Origin: Fimbriosthenelais zetlandica
Taxonomy: Eukaryota
Reading direction: 5' to 3'
NCBI GenBank assembly: GCA_977030845.1
Contig: OZ365113.1
Coordinates: 26,412,001-26,476,000 of the forward strand
DNA: 64,000 nt
Shown here: piece after piece, positions 61,201 to 64,000 of the stretch
Layout of the letters: every line of letters starts with the position of its first letter
Numbering within the stretch: the stretch's first letter is position 1
Program-made: the position numbers and the translations under genes
Notes under the pieces: model-generated
Told to the model about the DNA's origin: nothing
Database searches by the model: none
Seen by the model: only the letters and a program-made list of their open reading frames with translations

Positions 61201-61947
61201 ATATTTGTAGATGTATCGAGACATTCTTTGATCCTCTTTGAGGTCGTTTCTAAATATTTTTTTTATTTTTATATTTTATTAAATGTTGGAATAATAGTAT
61301 AACAGTGCACTACTTCACCCTGCCTTTTTCAGTGTAAGCTTGTTGACTATGGAGTTAATGATGTTGTTCATGAAAGGAAGGTCAAACAACTTCTGGAGCG
61401 TTTTGTACAGCTACCTTTCCAAGTGGTCGAGTGTTTCCTCAGTATGGAACCCATCGATGGCTATTGGACCAAAGAATCCTTGTAAGTAGATTTTATCATG
61501 ATTTATTGCATGTTTCTGGGAATGGGTTTTTAAAATAAATCGACAAGAGTCAAGTACCGGTATTTAATTCTGTCACATTTTTTTCAGCCTTCGCTTCAAG
61601 AAGTATGTAAATGGAAGACAACTAATGGCCAAGGTTCTCTACAGGTTTGTACAAAACAAAGGCGTTGAGTCATCTTCTTAAAATGTCGTTAAAATTAAGA
61701 TACATTTTATTTAATAATTTGGGCTTACTGGTAAATTAATTACATTGACCAGTGATTAAAAGTTAATGATGAATTTAAAGTTGTTTTATTTGTTTACAGG
61801 AACATGGTAGGGACCTTACATGTGGATATCTACAGTGACGAAGTCTCTGTCACCGACAGTTTCATTGAAGATGGCTTAGCGAGGCGAGCTGAAATATACC
61901 AGGTCATTCCAACGCAGGACCAAAAAGTCTTAATGGGCCCGGGTTAA
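34257..61947 (+). CDS. Multi-Tudor plus CCCH zinc-finger protein (about 1,280 aa; N-terminal coiled coil, eTud1, eTud2, CCCH, eTud3); probable piRNA-pathway scaffold
   Basis: Hand-spliced exons 34257-34388, 34639-34765, 35272-36001, 36190-36311, 36520-36659, 36862-37083, 37305-38446, 38752-38906, 39305-39562, 59630-59722, 60027-60209, 60543-60588, 60968-61112, 61333-61481, 61588-61644, 61800-61947 sum to 3849 nt in frame. Tudor motifs: WYRGRV..FFIDVGN, YYRAEI..HYVDFGN, WYRACV..LVDYG. Zinc finger C-x8-C-x5-C-x3-H (CRFFSAGKVCWKAEHCPYKH). The 37083/37305 junction is the weakest. Confidence 0.85.
39318..39440 (+). repeat. Coding 15-bp repeat (PVASG/PVAGG, about 8 copies) in a Tudor-gene exon
   Basis: ccagtcgccggtgga-type tandem units inside exon 39305-39562. 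Confidence 0.9.
40283..40355 (-). tRNA. trnV-UAC: tRNA-Val (anticodon TAC)
   Basis: GGTTCTGTGGTGTAGTGGTTATCACGTCTGCTTTACACGCAGAAGGTCGCGAGTTCGAACCTCGCCAGAACCT. Perfect 7-bp acceptor stem, anticodon arm TCTGC-TTTACAC-GCAGA, T-arm GCGAG-TTCGAAC-CTCGC, A and B boxes, and a T5 terminator a few bases downstream. Confidence 0.95.
41484..41570 (+). mobile_element. Degenerate tRNA-derived (SINE-like) head
   Basis: A-box-like TAGCTCAGTTG and B-box-like AGTTCAATCCC about 60 bp apart, with no cloverleaf. Confidence 0.35.
42550..44556 (-). CDS. Rhodopsin-class (class A) orphan GPCR, 668 aa, single coding exon, nested antisense in the Tudor-gene intron
   Basis: Seven hydrophobic segments. TM2 SLCVAD, TM3 Cys (NCFLP), TM4 W plus FVPHMGWN, ECL2 Cys (RKCLF), TM6 CYLP, N-glycosylation sequons NQS and NGT in the N-terminus, and a long disordered C-tail. 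A splice acceptor at about 44595-44610 implies a 5'-UTR intron. Confidence 0.9.
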   Translation of the reverse strand: MPPKEAFKWQPTVTGQVMMTDSDSISPPTVIHSQTKTQHAIFQKAEFEETFTQIDSGHSFGLDRGLLDNQSDGLGEIWVSGRGTESQENGTLSLGEESPELTWLSPTTVYALMVTTGCVGIIVFLINVGLLVASKFVSGGRTPMMIFLRSLCVADALVGIFGVIKMTQFIPAMTWEWVNCFLPESVLFTATIASNLTHVMLSTMCFSMLKDMVRFDRKQDKHRTIFSMTFLWNGSFVIGFVPHMGWNSEDEMGWNSVNRKCLFLRYVTLDYLGLVTAIISLSIVWLLVVHIGVQVLIFRNKIPEPSLLELTSPVIFATRVDIVLQLTCYLPGALYIFLNCDSCAYVADQDVANDNLSALLPLMIVRATFSTALHFKRTDQMRDIIYYCFKIIKHHVLVKMGSRVTIRPARPSVRRASMRPFDKDRPHKVLPVPHKQSSQNPRVVPNRNKVVVGGTHPTGYGFSTSQPTIVEETGGVEQTSPGEDLSPAMSSAQSWSTSDITLASTVGSTSGGSSNGISPFPKQKNLPKPGANQNGVTTTLKSPKSETNSWVLGPYWVGEIPKRAPNTPKHNKTAAQGNVNPTQRLHNGNQASPNKRLLWAKSPLVTQFDDIQRPDTPKTGKKSTIQNENMDILSARRLDTEYEKWRMSKGNVLQSEVIVHVPADTHKS
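45040..45235. mobile_element. MITE-like family B, copy 1
   Basis: Ends gcagttttgcatgtgacactactacgacaa ... tttgtcgcagtaatgtcacaaacaaaatagc are imperfect inverted repeats. The core gacggccttaaggt..tggacacttc is shared with the copy at about 49710-49925. Confidence 0.65.
47545..47640 (+). repeat. Dispersed repeat family A, copy 2 (inverted)
   Basis: Reverse complement of the 3190-3300 and 49620-49712 copies (gagcctgttataggtgaataccagctcacactcttgatt...ttttcagctg). Confidence 0.8.
48121..48178. repeat. 20-bp tandem repeat, 3 copies (gtataatgcatgaagatggc)
   Basis: Directly visible. Confidence 0.95.
48985..49135. mobile_element. MITE-like family B, copy 2
   Basis: gcggttttgcttgtgacactgctgcgaca ... 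tgtcgcagaagcgtcacaagctaaatggc terminal inverted repeats. Confidence 0.65.
49620..49925. mobile_element. Family A copy 3 (49620-49712) abutting MITE-like family B copy 3 (about 49710-49925)
   Basis: Similarity to the copies above, with internal inverted gcgacaaagtgatgcttgtgtc ... gacacaagcatcacctttgtcgc. Confidence 0.65.
51657..51920. repeat. 42-bp minisatellite, about 6 units
   Basis: gaaggccagccatgtctctcaccctctgctgagaggcatgtt repeated at 42-bp spacing (51702, 51744, 51786). Explains the overlapping shadow ORFs. Confidence 0.92.
52897..52927. repeat. Poly-C followed by (CA)n microsatellite
   Basis: Directly visible. Confidence 0.9.
55557..55706. mobile_element. 150-bp MITE-like element with 32-bp terminal inverted repeats
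   Basis: gatcaaatcaaacgaaatggtgttcccgagtg ... cactcgggaacaccatctcgtttgatttgatc (one mismatch). Confidence 0.8.
57139..58190 (+). CDS. Low-complexity E/K/S/P-rich coding exon with a (APPPIH/APPLY)n tail; probable alternative exon of the Tudor gene or a nested gene
   Basis: 1.1-kb stop-free GC-elevated frame (ORF 57096-58190). Strong acceptor ccctttcccttcttttgtag| at 57138 in phase 1, matching the Tudor donor at 39562. Confidence 0.6.
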
Positions 61948-64000
61948 GCTATAGCTATAGCTACATGTACGGTACCCCAGTAGGCCCTAGCTATGAACTG
62001 AAATCCCGACTTTAACCAAACTGTGATTTTTATTTAAATGTGAGGATGATGGTATCCTGATAAATACCCCTGCTTTTTTTAACGTGTGAAGTGAAAACGT
62101 TTAAAATATATTTCTTAGGTCTTTAATTACCGGTATAATTGTATGGTACTGGTACCCAGTACTGGTAATTCTGACTTTTTAAAGAAATATTTAGCCTACT
62201 TGATTTATGCCTACCCAGTGTACCCGTGTACCGTATGGTAGGACTATTATCAATATCTGCAGGGTGAACTAAGCCTATAGGCCTATGAATATATGTCATG
62301 AGTTGGGAGATATTTTTATTTTCCCTCACGACGAGCCCCATATCTGCTATAGCCTAGTCTGATATTGATAACAGTAGACCCCTACCGGTATTGAGTAGAC
62401 CATCTATAGGGCCTGCCTAGTATTTTGTGGGCCCAGGCCTCAGGTAGGCCGGTAGGCCCCTTGGCATATAATGCCTAGGCCTTCATTTTTATACGGAAAT
62501 ATTTTTTTTTAGTAAATAGGCCTACTGTTCACCGGTGATGGTTAACTCTGGCAGGCCTATAGGACTCATTTAAACCCGGGGGGGCATTTAATCTGTTATC
62601 ACTCTTTGTTTTGAAACTTAGATGTAGCCTAGTGTACACTTTGACACGTTCATTTAGCCTGAATATAAAAATACCACTTGGATATCCTGCCTACTTTTCT
62701 CTTTTAGGTCAGGCCTAATAAAAGAAAAATGTTTAAAAAAAATAAGTTGTCCCCTTCATTTCGTGATTCAGCCAATCATTTAGACAGAGCATCGCCTGGG
62801 TGGGGTGGGGTGGGGGTGGGGGGAGGGGGGGATGAGGCTTGGATGTCGGGCTACCATTCATCGGCTCCCCCCTAGCGGGATGGTGGCGGGGCTCCCCCTA
62901 GCTGCTCTCCATCGTACGGGTAGTTTCTGGTTTTCCCACAAGAGGGCGAACGGGTGCTGTAAGGGTAATGGCGCCTTGACTTTTTAACCACTGAAATCAT
63001 TACTTTAATGAATTGCCTCCATTTAATACTTTAATCCCAAATAGATATTACATATATCTAACCTATAAACAGGGTAATTACAAATATATGTCCGAAAAAC
63101 GTCAATTATTAATCAAAAATGCCTGAAGTAGGGCATTGTCGTCAATGGGTTCGAAGCATTGAATTGCGACATTATATATTACAGTGAATATGTGCTAGAA
63201 AGTAATAAAACTCTCATATGAATGTATAACTAGCTTCTCTCCTAAGAAATACATGGAAATCTAGAAACATAATGGAGAAATCACTCGGTAATGATTGTCG
63301 TAAATCCGTGACGGAACACGGCACTGTAGCTGAAGGCCATCGCACGGTCAGCACATGTCGACTTAATTTTGCCTAAATTTCCCCTTAACTTGCATCATGT
63401 TCCTGTCACGATTACAACGGATTGCCTGCTGCTGCAGAAGCAAATATTTTACATCGTACGATTTTCAGATCAACTCTAAATTTGTTGGTAAGTGTCGACG
63501 ATACGCCTTGGTTTTGATACACATCATGTCATCATGATTTCTTGTTGACACATTTCTCTTGAATAGCCTAGCAATACTGTGCCTATGGCCCGGTCGGGAC
63601 ACCGAGGCAGAGATTAACATTACTAATATGGAGACTATCTCCACGATACCAAAATTAATCTGATACCTAGGCTTGGGGGTGGGGTTAGTCATACCCCCCG
63701 CCCCGCAGTTATATGTGTCGGCTCTGGGTAGATTGAACTAAATCAATGCAGGTACCCCTACCGGTAGGCCCTATAGGCTATACATTTAGTAAATTTGTAC
63801 CGGTACATGATTATAATAAGATGACAATTCATCATTTGGGCTATATTATTCTTATTGACTACGACTACGTGTAGTGTAGTGTAGGCAATAGGGGTAAGCC
63901 TACCATTATGAATGCAAAATGTCTGCCAAGAACAGATGACGCAAATTCCAAAATATATATCACTAATAGTCTAAATAACATTATGACACTGTAATGTATG

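Noticed and set aside
63465-63692. 75-aa minus-strand ORF with a hydrophobic stretch near the window end
   Set aside because: It is short, has no recognisable domain and no convincing splice partner. It may belong to a gene extending beyond the window but cannot be supported here.

Overview
Intron-rich, AT-rich animal genomic DNA, probably a marine invertebrate (inferred from composition and gene content, taxon not determined). Left to right: (1) the 3' part of the ER chaperone endoplasmin/GRP94 (HSP90B1), 10 exons at 598-6060, ending in a tiny KEEDHDEL* exon; (2) a 9.7-kb open exon (8266-17964, about 3,230 aa, about 47% Asp in the array) made of roughly 220 cysteine-free DGDGIPD thrombospondin type-3-like Ca2+-binding motifs in 64-aa/128-aa higher-order repeats; (3) an intronless orphan 2-TM gene (23010-23600); (4) a minus-strand secreted 7-domain, 8-Cys Kazal inhibitor gene with a GC-AG intron, a very recent 339-bp exon duplication and decayed exon copies (28121-32125); (5) a divergently transcribed 3-Tudor + CCCH zinc-finger gene with Krimper-like architecture (34257-61947). 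Its 20-kb intron hosts a tRNA-Val(TAC), an antisense intronless atypical rhodopsin-class GPCR, MITE-like repeats and a 1.1-kb Pro-rich ORF. The lead candidate for an undescribed system is item 2: its splice acceptor is in the same phase as the HSP90B1 penultimate-exon donor, so it could be an alternative last exon that swaps HDEL for a giant Ca2+-binding polyanion (about 4,000-aa chaperone/Ca-store fusion). That splice is inferred, not shown. All gene models were built by hand from splice signals and reading frame, and no database searches were run.
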